Origin: Candidatus Multivoradales bacterium
GTDB taxonomy: Bacteria > Acidobacteriota > Thermoanaerobaculia > Multivoradales > JAHEKO01
Assembly (NCBI GenBank): GCA_965248055.1
Contig: CBDFIJ010000004.1
Coordinates: 672,001-736,000 of the forward strand
Length of the DNA stretch: 64,000 nucleotides
Reading direction: 5' to 3'
Shown piece by piece: positions 1 through 9,557 of the stretch (position 1 is its first letter; every line of letters starts with the position of its first letter). The position numbers and the translations under genes were made by a program. A model generated the notes under the pieces. That model searched no databases and was not told where the DNA came from. It saw only the letters and a list, made by a program, of their open reading frames with translations.

Positions 1-356
1 ACGATGATCGTTCCAGTCTGCCTTTCGCTAACTAGCAACTCAACGTTGCCGCCGAGGAACCCACCCAGGGTTGCCTCTTGGAAGGTCAGCAAGTTGGTGG
101 GGTATTCCAGGTCGAAAGCGAATCCACGCACGTGATCCATTTCGTTGGCGCGAAACTCCAACTGCAACGTTGTCGGACTGCCGGAGGCGGCGTCGGTCAG
201 AAACGCGGTGTTGGCACCGGCCGAACTACTCTCAGAGAAGGTAATGCCTGCCGATGGAACAACCGGACCACCGCCCCCCCCACCCCCGCCTCCGCCACCA
301 CCACTGCAGGCAGAAACCAAGACGATCAGCAGCAAGCCACAGAGAGTTCTATTCAT
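1..356 (-). CDS. Lipoprotein with poly-Gly linker and possible cohesin-like domain (partial, runs off the window start)
   Basis: Not in the ORF track. Manual translation MNRTLCGLLLIVLVSAC-SGGGGGGGGGGG-PVVPSAGITF...GFAFDLEYPTNLLTFQEATLGGFLGG; lipobox-like VSAC; frame open to the window edge. Confidence 0.7.
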   Translation of the reverse strand, partial: MNRTLCGLLLIVLVSACSGGGGGGGGGGGGPVVPSAGITFSESSSAGANTAFLTDAASGSPTTLQLEFRANEMDHVRGFAFDLEYPTNLLTFQEATLGGFLGGNVELLVSERQTGTII

Positions 357-381
357 AGCAACAGCGGTATCGGAAGCGGAA

Positions 382-894
382 CTAAGATTCAGTACTTTCG
401 AGTAGTCGTTTCAGTTTGCGTCGAACTCTCTCGCGCCTGAGGCCGCGGAGCCGATCGATGAAAAGTATACCGTCGAGATGGTCAATTTCATGCTGAATTG
501 CCCGTGCCGCCAAACCCTCGGCTTCAACCTCAAACGTCGCACCGGTTCGATCTTGCGAGCGCACCCGGATCGCTGTCGCCCGATCCACCTTGTCGGTAAT
601 CTCAGGAATCGACAAACAGCCCTCGACGTCAGCTTCGTTGCCCTCTGAATGTTCAATCACCGGATTGACTAAAACTAGCAGAGCCTCCGGGTCCTCCCCC
701 ACCGTGATGTCGACGACCGCCACCCGTTTGGAGACCCCAATCTGCGGTGCGGCGAGACCAATCCCGGGCGCTGCATGCATGGTCTCGATCATGTCCTCGA
801 CCAGCGTTTCGAGCTCGGTATCAAAGGTTTCCACTCCAGTCGCTTCTTGCTGCAAAACCGGGTCCGGGACCAGGCGAATATCGAGAACTGTCAT
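382..894 (-). CDS. def: Peptide deformylase
   Basis: Motifs GIGLAAPQIG, EGCLS and QHEIDHLDG. Confidence 0.97.
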   Translation of the reverse strand: MTVLDIRLVPDPVLQQEATGVETFDTELETLVEDMIETMHAAPGIGLAAPQIGVSKRVAVVDITVGEDPEALLVLVNPVIEHSEGNEADVEGCLSIPEITDKVDRATAIRVRSQDRTGATFEVEAEGLAARAIQHEIDHLDGILFIDRLRGLRRERVRRKLKRLLESTES

Positions 895-899
895 GGCAA

Positions 900-1754
900 T
901 CAGACGCTCAGATGACGGGCCGCGCGGGCAATTTCAAGATCGTGGTGTTGGCCGCCGATTCGATCGGTCAGAGAACGAGTAATCGGCGCGTCGTTGTGTG
1001 GCACTTTCAGCGCCTGCTGATCAAGCACCAAGAGAGTCGCGCCACCGGGAGAGACGTAGTCCGCAGGCCATTCCTTGTTCTCAAACAAAGCCCATTCTCC
1101 GATCACATCTCCCACGCGAAAGCTGCGCAGCGTGGCGTCGGTCTTGCCACCCGTGCGTGCCTCCAAGCTTCCCAAGACCAAAACGTAGACCTGGGGATCT
1201 GAGTCCCCCCGATGCACCAGCGTCTCGCCCCGCTTGAGGGTACCGGTGCTGCTAGCTTCAAACCACCAAACCACTTCCGGGGCGGAAAATCGATCGGCAA
1301 AACTGGAGCGGACCACGCTGTCCCAAATCTTGACGAACTCGATCGCCTCGCTGCCCTTGCCGCCAGAATGACGGGTGCGCAAATAGGCCTCTCGGCCCTT
1401 GCCGCGCACCACCTCCAAACGCTGGGCACGCTCCAATTGTGCCAGCAAATCGGTGATCTTGTCGTCATCGGGAAAGTATCGACCAACCTTAGCGAGTACT
1501 GCCACCGCACGATCATAGAAGCCGTCCCGACCATAGGCTTGGCAAACATGCAGGTACTGCTCTCGGGCTTGGTTCAAGTTCTTCAATCGCAGGTAGACGT
1601 CAGCCAAGCGCAGTTGCGAATGCAGATCTCCCGGCCGCTTGCTGAGGATTGCCAGCAAACGATCTCGAGCCTGATCGTAGTGTTCGAGGGTGATTAAGTC
1701 CTCGACCGTCAGCCCAGCCGTCTCGTCCTTTTTCTTAAAAGACTTAAAAACCAT
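900..1754 (-). CDS. TPR-like plus cyclic-nucleotide-binding domain protein
   Basis: Helical N-terminus (LRLADVYLRL...A); C-terminal LKRGETLVHRGD...VYVLVLGSL...GDVIGEWALF fits a cNMP-binding fold. Confidence 0.7.
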   Translation of the reverse strand: MVFKSFKKKDETAGLTVEDLITLEHYDQARDRLLAILSKRPGDLHSQLRLADVYLRLKNLNQAREQYLHVCQAYGRDGFYDRAVAVLAKVGRYFPDDDKITDLLAQLERAQRLEVVRGKGREAYLRTRHSGGKGSEAIEFVKIWDSVVRSSFADRFSAPEVVWWFEASSTGTLKRGETLVHRGDSDPQVYVLVLGSLEARTGGKTDATLRSFRVGDVIGEWALFENKEWPADYVSPGGATLLVLDQQALKVPHNDAPITRSLTDRIGGQHHDLEIARAARHLSV

Positions 1755-1922
1755 GTGTGCTCAATTGAGGACAGATCTAGGTGGCATTCAATAGATGTGC
1801 GTGACGCGTGCCTGCTCCGATGACACATTGTAGCTGCAAATTCACGGTTTCTATGGTGCAATGATGACCTGGCCTAGTCCTTGCTTTTATCCATTAGTCA
1901 TGCGAGCCATGAGGAGGCCGTC

Positions 1923-4235
1923 ATGAGACAACAACCCCAAACATCCATTGACCGAACCGTACGCCCTGTCATTGCACGGCAGAAGCAATCGTCGACCCTA
2001 GCAACGCTGCCCTCCCTGGTGGCTATTGCAGTGCTCGCGGTTGGTTCTCTCGCCGGAGCCACAGCGGCTCAAGCCAGCGACGACAATTACGGTTTCTATC
2101 GCATCCTGGACGGCGAGGCGGTTCGCTACGGCGGCGCTGAAGATCAACGTGAGGTGACCGAGAACGAACCCTTGTTGGAAGGAGATCGGGTCTCTGTGGA
2201 GCGCGGCAGCCGTCTGGAGGTAGTCCTCCCGGATTTCTCTCGTGTTCGTCTAGATGAACTGACCCAGGTCGACTTTGAGCGTTTGCGAGTCAAAGATGAG
2301 CGAGCGGATACCTTTCGCCTACGATTGTTTGAGGGCGAGTTGCAGATTTCGGTCGACCAATCACCCGAAGAGTTTCTCTTAGAACTGGATACCGCCAGTG
2401 TCTACTTACTCGACGCCGGTAACTATCGGATCTCCGGTGGCCTTGACTACGCACGTATTTTGGTACGCGAGGGCTTTGCGGAGATTCTTACCGAGCGTGG
2501 ATCGACAATCGCTCGTACCGGCGAAGAAGTGATCATCGAAGGGAGCAGTGACCCGCAGGTGTGGGTGCAAGACGCGGGGGTCGCAGACTCCCTAGAACGT
2601 TGGGCGGACGACAACGAACGAGACTCACGTCGAGATGACCGCTACGTCGACGACCGGCTGAGCTATGCAGCTACGGACCTAGATCAAGATGGCGAATGGA
2701 TCGACGCTGGCGGTAGCTACGCTTGGCGGCCCTACCAGCGCAACGGCTGGGAGCGTCCCTACCATTCTGGCTACTGGTATGACACGCCCTACGGCGTCAA
2801 CTGGGTCTCTCAATATCGCTGGGGCTGGTTGACCAGCCACTATGGATACTGGGATTTCGATCGCCTGCACGGCTGGATGTGGTACCCCGGCGTGGCGTAC
2901 TCACCCGCCTGGGTACACTGGTACTGGGGTCCTAGCTATGTCGGATGGGTGCCCTCGGGCTACTACTATCGCCACTATGGGCGCTACGGATATGACTACT
3001 TTGGCTACGCCGGACGCGGCTGGCGCGGCTATGACAACTGGACCTTTTGCCAACGCGACCGCTTCGGCAATCGCCGACAACGGGTGTACTACGACGGTGT
3101 ACAAGTGGTTCAGCGACACGGTGGCGCGCTCAATGGTGGCATCGTCACCACCAGCACACGCGGCCTGCGACGCGAGGCCTGGGGCGACTTTGAGGACGGC
3201 AACCGGATCTTGCTGGGCAACGCCTCGCGGACCCGGGGTGGGCTGACCTATCGTCATCCTGAGGATCTGCCCGATGCGGTGGGTTACGTAACCTTGAATG
3301 CTGAAGCCCTACCCACCGCGGTGATGGATCGCAATCCGGCATTGGGTCGGCCCAACAGCAACGGCAGACCCAGCAGCAGTACGGTGACCAATCGCGGAGA
3401 TCAAGACGCTCGAGTGGCCGATGGTTTGGTAATACCAAGAGCAGGCGTGGTCGGTGATCGATCCGAGATACGACAAGGCAGACCAACCTCGGTGGCAGAT
3501 GGCGTCGGCACGACGCGCACCGGAGTCGATCAACGCACGCGCTCCCAATCAGCGCGCGAACGAGCGGCTGTTGAGCGAGATCGCCAGCGAGTGCTTCTTC
3601 CCGGTGCCCCGGTGGCGCAGCCTCGTGGCAAGTCTCTGCCCTCTGGGGATAGCCAGCCAACTGGTGACCGGCCCGTGCGTCGCGATCCAGCGCCAACGCG
3701 GACCGAAGGCAGTCGCCCTGCTGCCCCCAACGCTGGCCCCAGCGCTGGCACTAGAACTGGCGCTGGTACTAAGACTGGCACCGGTACCTGGAGCATCGAC
3801 CGCAGAGAGATTCCTCGAAGTGACACCACGCGGCCTGAGGCCCGCCCTGCGCCCAGCCGCGAGGCCAGCCGTGAAGCTAGACCTTCGGCAGATCGACCCA
3901 CTCGTTCAGAGCGTCCTTCGGCGACCTACGGCCGCGGCCAGAGCCGCCCCAGAAGCTCGACCAGCCCTTCGTCAACCCCGAGACCTCGATCAACCCCTCA
4001 GGCAAAGCCCAGGTCTACCCCTCAGCGGCGCTATGACCGACCGTCCTCAAAGGCGAAGTCTTCGAAAGCCAAAGCTAAGTCTTCAGGTCGTAGAAAACCG
4101 CGTTCCACTTCTAGCGGCGGCTCAGGCAGCTCTTCCAGTGGCGGGTCTTCCAGTGGCTCGGGGAGCAGCTCTGGGAGTTCCTCGCGGAGTGGATCGGGCT
4201 CAGCGTCGAGCAGTCGATCGGGCGGCGGCAGCTAG
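1923..4235 (+). CDS. Exported FecR/DUF6600-like protein with long low-complexity C-terminal tail
   Basis: GAGGAGG SD before ATG 1923; signal-like segment; FecR-like NEPLLEGDRV..GSRLEV; W/Y/G-rich GEW...WRPY...GYW...WGW..HYGYW...WYPG..YSPAWV; R/S/P/G-rich tail. Confidence 0.75.
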   Translation: MRQQPQTSIDRTVRPVIARQKQSSTLATLPSLVAIAVLAVGSLAGATAAQASDDNYGFYRILDGEAVRYGGAEDQREVTENEPLLEGDRVSVERGSRLEVVLPDFSRVRLDELTQVDFERLRVKDERADTFRLRLFEGELQISVDQSPEEFLLELDTASVYLLDAGNYRISGGLDYARILVREGFAEILTERGSTIARTGEEVIIEGSSDPQVWVQDAGVADSLERWADDNERDSRRDDRYVDDRLSYAATDLDQDGEWIDAGGSYAWRPYQRNGWERPYHSGYWYDTPYGVNWVSQYRWGWLTSHYGYWDFDRLHGWMWYPGVAYSPAWVHWYWGPSYVGWVPSGYYYRHYGRYGYDYFGYAGRGWRGYDNWTFCQRDRFGNRRQRVYYDGVQVVQRHGGALNGGIVTTSTRGLRREAWGDFEDGNRILLGNASRTRGGLTYRHPEDLPDAVGYVTLNAEALPTAVMDRNPALGRPNSNGRPSSSTVTNRGDQDARVADGLVIPRAGVVGDRSEIRQGRPTSVADGVGTTRTGVDQRTRSQSARERAAVERDRQRVLLPGAPVAQPRGKSLPSGDSQPTGDRPVRRDPAPTRTEGSRPAAPNAGPSAGTRTGAGTKTGTGTWSIDRREIPRSDTTRPEARPAPSREASREARPSADRPTRSERPSATYGRGQSRPRSSTSPSSTPRPRSTPQAKPRSTPQRRYDRPSSKAKSSKAKAKSSGRRKPRSTSSGGSGSSSSGGSSSGSGSSSGSSSRSGSGSASSSRSGGGS

Positions 4236-4360
4236 CCATCATTTTTCGAGATCACTGGCGACTTGCGGCTCTAACACCTCAGCCCGGAGTCTGCGCCTCA
4301 GAATCTTCTGAGCAGCGGAGGTCTCGGGGAGAAAGTCCAGCAGCCAGATTCAACACTGCG

Positions 4361-4366
4361 TAGAAT
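4361..4366 (+). promoter_or_regulatory. Putative -10 element (TAGAAT) of a leaderless transcript
   Basis: TAGAAT, then 6 nt, then GTG start at 4373; no SD. Confidence 0.4.
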
Positions 4367-4372
4367 CCGCGG

Positions 4373-4606
4373 GTGAGTGATTCTGCGTTTCGCTTTCTCT
4401 ACATTCTCTACTGCCTAGAAGGCGGGTTGGTGTTACTCCTAGCCCCGTGGCGACCTATCTGGGATCGAGTCCTGGTTCCTTCTGGTGTCTTGTGGATTTT
4501 TTGGACCTCCCATTGGACCCGTGCTTTAGCTTCGGGGATCGGCGCTCTGCTGTTGTTGAGCGCGATTTATGAAATCGTCGAATGGAGGCGCTCTCGTGCC
4601 GCATGA
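4373..4606 (+). CDS. Small membrane protein
   Basis: 77 aa with two hydrophobic segments; overlaps the start of the next gene. Confidence 0.65.
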   Translation: MSDSAFRFLYILYCLEGGLVLLLAPWRPIWDRVLVPSGVLWIFWTSHWTRALASGIGALLLLSAIYEIVEWRRSRAA

Positions 4607-5369
4607 TCTGCCTCGCGCCATGGCGATCTCTTCCCCATCGCTGGAATCTGGGGTCGATGGCGACAACTTTCTCGACCACTGGCAGGATTGGCTGCAAGCG
4701 TTGGAGAGCCAGGCTCTAGAGATCCAGTCTCGAACCATCGTTCAGATCCGCGCCAAGACTCTTTCGCCCAAAGTCTTGAACCAGGTGGTGGGTGTCGCCA
4801 AAGGCATCGTGCGCCGCAACCTACTGGTACTCAATGCCCGGGTCGACCTCGCTCTGGCTCTAGAAGTCGATGGAGTTCAGCTTCCAGAAGACGGACTTCC
4901 GGTTCGAGCGGTGCGCGCACTCGCCGGTCCTGATTTTTGGATTGGCCGCTCGGTGCATGATCTGGCGGGTGTTCGGGCCGCGGCTTCCCAGGGCGCCGAT
5001 TGGGTGACTTTGGCGCCGATCTTTGATCCCATCAGTAAACGTTCCTCCAGCGCTCCATTGGGGGTTGAGATCTTGGCCGAGGCTGCCGAGTATGGAATCC
5101 CCGTTTTTGCTCTGGGCGGGGTGACCGTTGACAATGCCAGCGTCTGCCGCGAGTCCGGTGCCTACGGAGTGGCAGGAATCTCTCTGTATAGCGCGGTCAC
5201 CAGAGCCCTGGACATCGAACCGCCGAAGTCTGACATCATCGACGCGGTGTCTAACGCGCAAGACAGTGCCAATCAACAAGACAGTGCCAATCAACAAGAC
5301 AGTGCCAATCAACAAGACAGTGCCGATGAACAAGCCAGGGCTCATGAACAAGACAGATCGATCGCTTGA
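4596..5369 (+). CDS. thiE: Thiamine-phosphate synthase (ThiE/TenI family)
   Basis: VQIRAK, LVLNARVDLALA..DGVQL, IGRSVH, GADWVTLAPIF, PVFALGGVT, GVAGI. Start codon uncertain. Confidence 0.8.
   Translation: MPHDLPRAMAISSPSLESGVDGDNFLDHWQDWLQALESQALEIQSRTIVQIRAKTLSPKVLNQVVGVAKGIVRRNLLVLNARVDLALALEVDGVQLPEDGLPVRAVRALAGPDFWIGRSVHDLAGVRAAASQGADWVTLAPIFDPISKRSSSAPLGVEILAEAAEYGIPVFALGGVTVDNASVCRESGAYGVAGISLYSAVTRALDIEPPKSDIIDAVSNAQDSANQQDSANQQDSANQQDSADEQARAHEQDRSIA
5259..5348 (+). repeat. 18-bp in-frame tandem repeat (CAAGACAGTGCCAATCAA x3 plus 2 degenerate copies)
   Basis: Directly visible; encodes QDSANQ repeats. Confidence 0.95.
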
Positions 5370-5440
5370 AGACGTCATCGCCGGATCGACTGGGCAAACA
5401 ACAGCAAGTGAACACAGCATCACAGGATAGATAGGGCGGA

Positions 5441-5842
5441 ATGATTTTGGGAGTTGGTACCGACATCGTCGCGATCGAACGCATTGAAAAGCTGGTCGAG
5501 GAGTATGGCGAGCGCTTCACCGCTAAGGTCTATACCGAACGTGAGCTGGTCAACGCGGAAGGCAAGGGGCCTCGCAGGGTGCAGCATCTCGCGGGCTTGT
5601 TTGCCGCCAAGGAAGCGGTTCTCAAAGCGCTGGGCACGGGTCAGTCACAGGGCGCGCGGCTGCAGGATGTTGAGTTGACCCCTCAGGACTCCGGAGCGCC
5701 CGAAGTCACCCTGCACGGAGCGGTTCGCGATCGATTCGAAAGTGACAAAGGGTCGGCGGTGCATGTATCGATCAGCCATGACGGCGGAATGGCGGTGGCA
5801 TTGGCAATTATTGAGACGGACGAGCCAAAGGGAGACGGATGA
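5441..5842 (+). CDS. acpS: Holo-[acyl-carrier-protein] synthase
   Basis: GVGTDIV, FAAKEAVLKALGTG and VSISHD motifs. Confidence 0.96.
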   Translation: MILGVGTDIVAIERIEKLVEEYGERFTAKVYTERELVNAEGKGPRRVQHLAGLFAAKEAVLKALGTGQSQGARLQDVELTPQDSGAPEVTLHGAVRDRFESDKGSAVHVSISHDGGMAVALAIIETDEPKGDG

Positions 5843-6339
5843 GCGCTTGGCGAGGAATCCGCGGAACCGCCTTGTTGCTAGCGCTCGGCATCCTAGCGAT
5901 CGATCAATGGTCGAAAGCCTGGATCGAGAAAGTGATCCCGATCGGTGGTCGGCGCGAGATCATTGCTGGATTCTTCAACCTCACCCACACCCGCAATGAC
6001 GGAGTCGCCTTCGGACTGTTTGCTGGCAGTGACGGCAGGTGGAAAGTGTGGCTGCTGGCTGGGTTGGCCCTGCTGGCAATTGGCGTCGTCCTGTCCCTGC
6101 TGCGCAGCACTCCAACAGAAAACCGGGTGTCGATCATTGCCTTGGGGTTGGTACTGGGCGGCGCGCTCGGCAATTTGATGGACCGGGTCGCCAGCGGCGC
6201 AGTCACCGATTTCTTGGACTTCTACCGGGGCGGGTATCACTGGCACACGTTCAATGTCGCAGACTCAGCAATCAGTGTTGGCGTCACCTTACTGCTACTG
6301 GATTCCTTGCTGCTCTCACGACGCAAGAAACTAACTTAG
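5839..6339 (+). CDS. lspA: Lipoprotein signal peptidase II
   Basis: DQWSK, NDGVAFG, GGALGNLMDR, VTDF and FNVADSAI motifs. Confidence 0.97.
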   Translation: MSAWRGIRGTALLLALGILAIDQWSKAWIEKVIPIGGRREIIAGFFNLTHTRNDGVAFGLFAGSDGRWKVWLLAGLALLAIGVVLSLLRSTPTENRVSIIALGLVLGGALGNLMDRVASGAVTDFLDFYRGGYHWHTFNVADSAISVGVTLLLLDSLLLSRRKKLT

Positions 6340-6350
6340 GATCAAACGCG

Positions 6351-7340
6351 ATGGAGAGTACGCATCGTTGGCTGGTGCCCGAAGCGGTACACGGCCAGCG
6401 GCTTGACGTTCACGTTGCCGAGCACCTGGCGGAGCCGCGCAACCAAGTGCAACAGTGGATTCGTTCCGGCGCACTGCAAATTGACGGCGACTCGGGAAAA
6501 CCTTCGACCACTTTGCTTGGCGGCGAGGAAATTGCCGTCACCCCTCCCCAACGCACCGACACCCGGGTCACCGCGGAGTCCGGCGAACTGGACATCGTCT
6601 ACCAAGATAATGTCTTGATTGTGATCAATAAACCTTCCGGCTTAGCAGTACATCCGGGCGCAGGACGAACCACTGGCACCTTGGTTCATCGGCTTCTGCA
6701 CCACTTCCCCGAGATAGAAGGCGTCGGTGGCGAGGGTCGTCCCGGAATCGTCCACCGACTCGATCTGGGCACCACCGGAGTGATGCTGGTGGCCCGCACC
6801 CAGTCTGCCTACCAAGTCCTCAGCAGCGCGTTTCAAGAGCGAAAGGTGCGCAAGATCTACCTCGGAGTCTGCGAAGGCCGCCCGAAGTCCGAAGCTGGGA
6901 CCATGGAGTGGTCGATTGGCCGCCACCCACACAAGAGAAAGCAAATGTGGGCTACTGATCGCGGCAAATCCGCGCGCACCGACTACAAGGTACTGGGAAT
7001 CGCCAGGAGGTCGGCATTACTGGAGTTGGACATCCACACCGGGCGCACGCACCAGATCCGAGTTCATCTCAAGACTCTGGGCCATCCGCTGCTGGGCGAC
7101 GCGCTCTACGGTCGTGAGCTACCGCGCAACTGGGGCCAAGACTTACAAGCGGCGATCCGGGTATTTGACCGACCCGCGTTGCACGCCTGGAAGCTACAAC
7201 TCGCCCACCCGGTCTCGGGCGAAGAGATACTGTTCATGGCGCCAATCCCAGAGGACTTTCAGAGGCTATGGCAAGGACTCGGTGGGCCAACGCTCAGTGC
7301 AGTGCCTGATCTGTCGGTCAGCGCCCCGCATACTTCCTAG
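6351..7340 (+). CDS. rluD: RluA-family pseudouridine synthase (RluD-like)
   Basis: S4 domain RLD, INKPSGLAVHPG, GIVHRLD, TGRTHQIRVH; lspA-rluD synteny. Start moved to ATG 6351. Confidence 0.9.
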   Translation: MESTHRWLVPEAVHGQRLDVHVAEHLAEPRNQVQQWIRSGALQIDGDSGKPSTTLLGGEEIAVTPPQRTDTRVTAESGELDIVYQDNVLIVINKPSGLAVHPGAGRTTGTLVHRLLHHFPEIEGVGGEGRPGIVHRLDLGTTGVMLVARTQSAYQVLSSAFQERKVRKIYLGVCEGRPKSEAGTMEWSIGRHPHKRKQMWATDRGKSARTDYKVLGIARRSALLELDIHTGRTHQIRVHLKTLGHPLLGDALYGRELPRNWGQDLQAAIRVFDRPALHAWKLQLAHPVSGEEILFMAPIPEDFQRLWQGLGGPTLSAVPDLSVSAPHTS

Positions 7341-7415
7341 AAGAACCTGAACTGCCTTTCTAGGAGTGGCCTCAATTGCGGAGTTCGCCACCACCGCTCG
7401 CCTCGACCCACACCG

Positions 7416-7885
7416 CTACTCGACGGGTTCTAGATCCTCTTCCAGTTGGATCGTCTCCAGGTAGAGCACCAGCTCCTGGATTTTGCGCGCGGCCCGTTTC
7501 TCGCCATCGACCGGCTCCGCCCCTGGAACAGGACGCAACTCAGTCTGCAGCACTTCGCCCACACCGGCATCTCTCTTGCCCCATGCGCCTGGACAAATCT
7601 GCGACCATCGATGAACTCAGCAACCCGCTTGGCAGGAAACTCTCCTTCATTTTCTGGGCTTAGAAAACGCAAATCCGACGGTTCGACCTTGAGCATCGTC
7701 GCCAACATTCCGTTGCCGTCCGCGGCTTTGCCGTGGCAACTCGCGCAATAACGTTTGAACGTCACCCTACCACTGGCTGCGTACAGAGTCGGTTCCTCCT
7801 TTTGCTCCTGGCTTATCGCCGGAGTGAGCCCCAAAACCACAGCAAAGGCAAGCGTTAAAGCGACCCCAACAAACGATTTATTCAT
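7416..7885 (-). pseudogene. Monoheme cytochrome c with a one-base frameshift (pseudogene or sequencing error)
   Basis: GGAGG SD, signal peptide, CASCH, HGAREMPVW. Adding one G at 7558-7560 restores WGEVLQ...KIQELVLYLETIQ...TAG(7416). Confidence 0.8.
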
Positions 7886-7994
7886 GATGTACCCTCCGAT
7901 GTTGTACACCGCAATTCCAGCAGTTTGGTCAGAGGGTTTGAGGTGTCTAAGCACCCTAGAACTGAGTCACAACTGGAGAAAAATCAGCAAGCAC

Positions 7995-9110
7995 TCAAGC
8001 CAACAGATCGGCGAGATCCCGGTGCTCGCGATCCTGTGATTCCGCCACCGGACCACAGGTGATCTCTCCGGCGTAGGTGTTGACCCCAGCAGCCAGATGG
8101 GGATCTCTGCGGGTGGCTTCTTCAGCTCCCAAGTCGGCCAAAGACAGCAAATGGGGCATGGTGGCGTTGTTCAGCGCGTAGGTCGACGTGCGAGGTACTG
8201 CACCCGGCATGTTGGTCACCCCGTAATGCACCACGCCGTCCACTTCATAGGTTGGCTCGGAATGGGTGGTCGCCTTGGTGGTCTCAAAACAGCCCCCTTG
8301 ATCGACCGCGACGTCGACGATCACCGAACCCGGTTTCATCTCCGCCAATAGATCTCGATTCACCAATTTGGGAGCCGAATAGCCAGGAACCAGAACCGCT
8401 CCGATCACCAGATCTGCGCGACTCAGGCCAGCAACGATGTTGTGCCGGTTGCTGGCCAAGGTGGTGAGCTGCCCGTGGAAGATCTCATCCAGATAGCGAG
8501 CCCGATCCAAATTGTTTTCCACAATCGTAACCCGTGCGCCCAGACCCAGAGCAATCCGCGCCGCGTTCAAGCCCACCACTCCCCCACCAATAATCACCAC
8601 GTCACCCGGGGGAACCCCAGGCACACCACCCAACAAGGTGCCGCGTCCGCCGAGACGACGCTGCATGAAGTAGGCCCCAACCAAGGTCGACATCCGCCCG
8701 GCAACCTCCGACATCGGCGTCAACAGCGGCAAGCGTCCGTTGCGGTCGGTAATGGTTTCGTAGGCAACGCCAGTGATCTTCTTCGCCAACAGGACGTTGG
8801 TCAGTTCCGGCAAGGGCGCCAAGTGCAAATATGTGTAGAGGGTCTGCCCCTCGCGCAGAAGGTCGTACTCACAAGCAACTGGCTCCTTAACCTTGACCAC
8901 CATCTCCGATTCGCCATACACCGCCGCCGCATCCGGCACAATCTTGGCCCCAGCGTCGACAAACTCTTGGTTGGTAATGCCACTGCCCTCACCGGCCCCA
9001 TCCTGGACTAGGACCTCATGGCCCCGTTCAGACAACTCGTGAGCCGCCGCCGGGATCATGCCGATGCGGTATTCGTGGTCTTTTACTTCGCTTGGAACGC
9101 CAACTCTCAT
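7995..9110 (-). CDS. ald: Alanine dehydrogenase
   Basis: [44 protein letters not shown]. Confidence 0.97.
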   Translation of the reverse strand: MRVGVPSEVKDHEYRIGMIPAAAHELSERGHEVLVQDGAGEGSGITNQEFVDAGAKIVPDAAAVYGESEMVVKVKEPVACEYDLLREGQTLYTYLHLAPLPELTNVLLAKKITGVAYETITDRNGRLPLLTPMSEVAGRMSTLVGAYFMQRRLGGRGTLLGGVPGVPPGDVVIIGGGVVGLNAARIALGLGARVTIVENNLDRARYLDEIFHGQLTTLASNRHNIVAGLSRADLVIGAVLVPGYSAPKLVNRDLLAEMKPGSVIVDVAVDQGGCFETTKATTHSEPTYEVDGVVHYGVTNMPGAVPRTSTYALNNATMPHLLSLADLGAEEATRRDPHLAAGVNTYAGEITCGPVAESQDREHRDLADLLA

Positions 9111-9227
9111 ATCGCTACCGGTCCTTTCGCACGCGGCTGAATGCCGAACGTTCGCTGTGGATCATTTGTCTCACTGCTGGCAACACCCCATTCGGTTCTT
9201 CGAGTCGCTCATCAATCAAGAGCGAAA

Positions 9228-9303
9228 TGGAGCGGGCAACGGGACTCGAACCCGCGACATCAAGCTTGGGAAGCTTGCACTCTACCAGCTGAGTTATGCC
9301 CGC
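9228..9303 (-). tRNA. tRNA-Gly (CCC)
   Basis: GCGGGCA-TAACTCAGCTGGTAGAGTG-CAAGC-TTCCCAA-GCTTG...GGTTCGAGTCCCG-TTGCCCGC-TCCA; 76 nt with encoded CCA. Confidence 0.97.
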
Positions 9304-9557
9304 TAAATGCCTTAACAGCTATGATTTAAGGTTCGCTACTGAATCTCTTTGATAGTCGAAGTTACCTGCGAGTTACCGCGCAGTGACTTTGACCCCTCAA
9401 GCCAGGGGGCAGCATAGCACCGCAAAACGCGACCTCATAGATCCGGTCTCTTGCTGGAGCGGGACGCGACAAATCCGCGAAACTCGCTCATAGTGGGTAC
9501 GCTTGGGATGTAGTCAGGCAGATTGGGGAAGCAAGACACCAACAGATTCACGTCTCA

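Noticed and set aside
3454-4311. Long alternative-frame or antisense ORFs (also 19560..20447, 42798..43553, 23832..24554 and others)
   Set aside because: Shadows of real genes in GC-rich DNA with no recognisable motifs.
9455-9463. TGGAGCGGG matching the tRNA-Gly 3' end (possible att duplicate)
   Set aside because: Only 9 bp, on the unexpected side of the tRNA, with no integrase.
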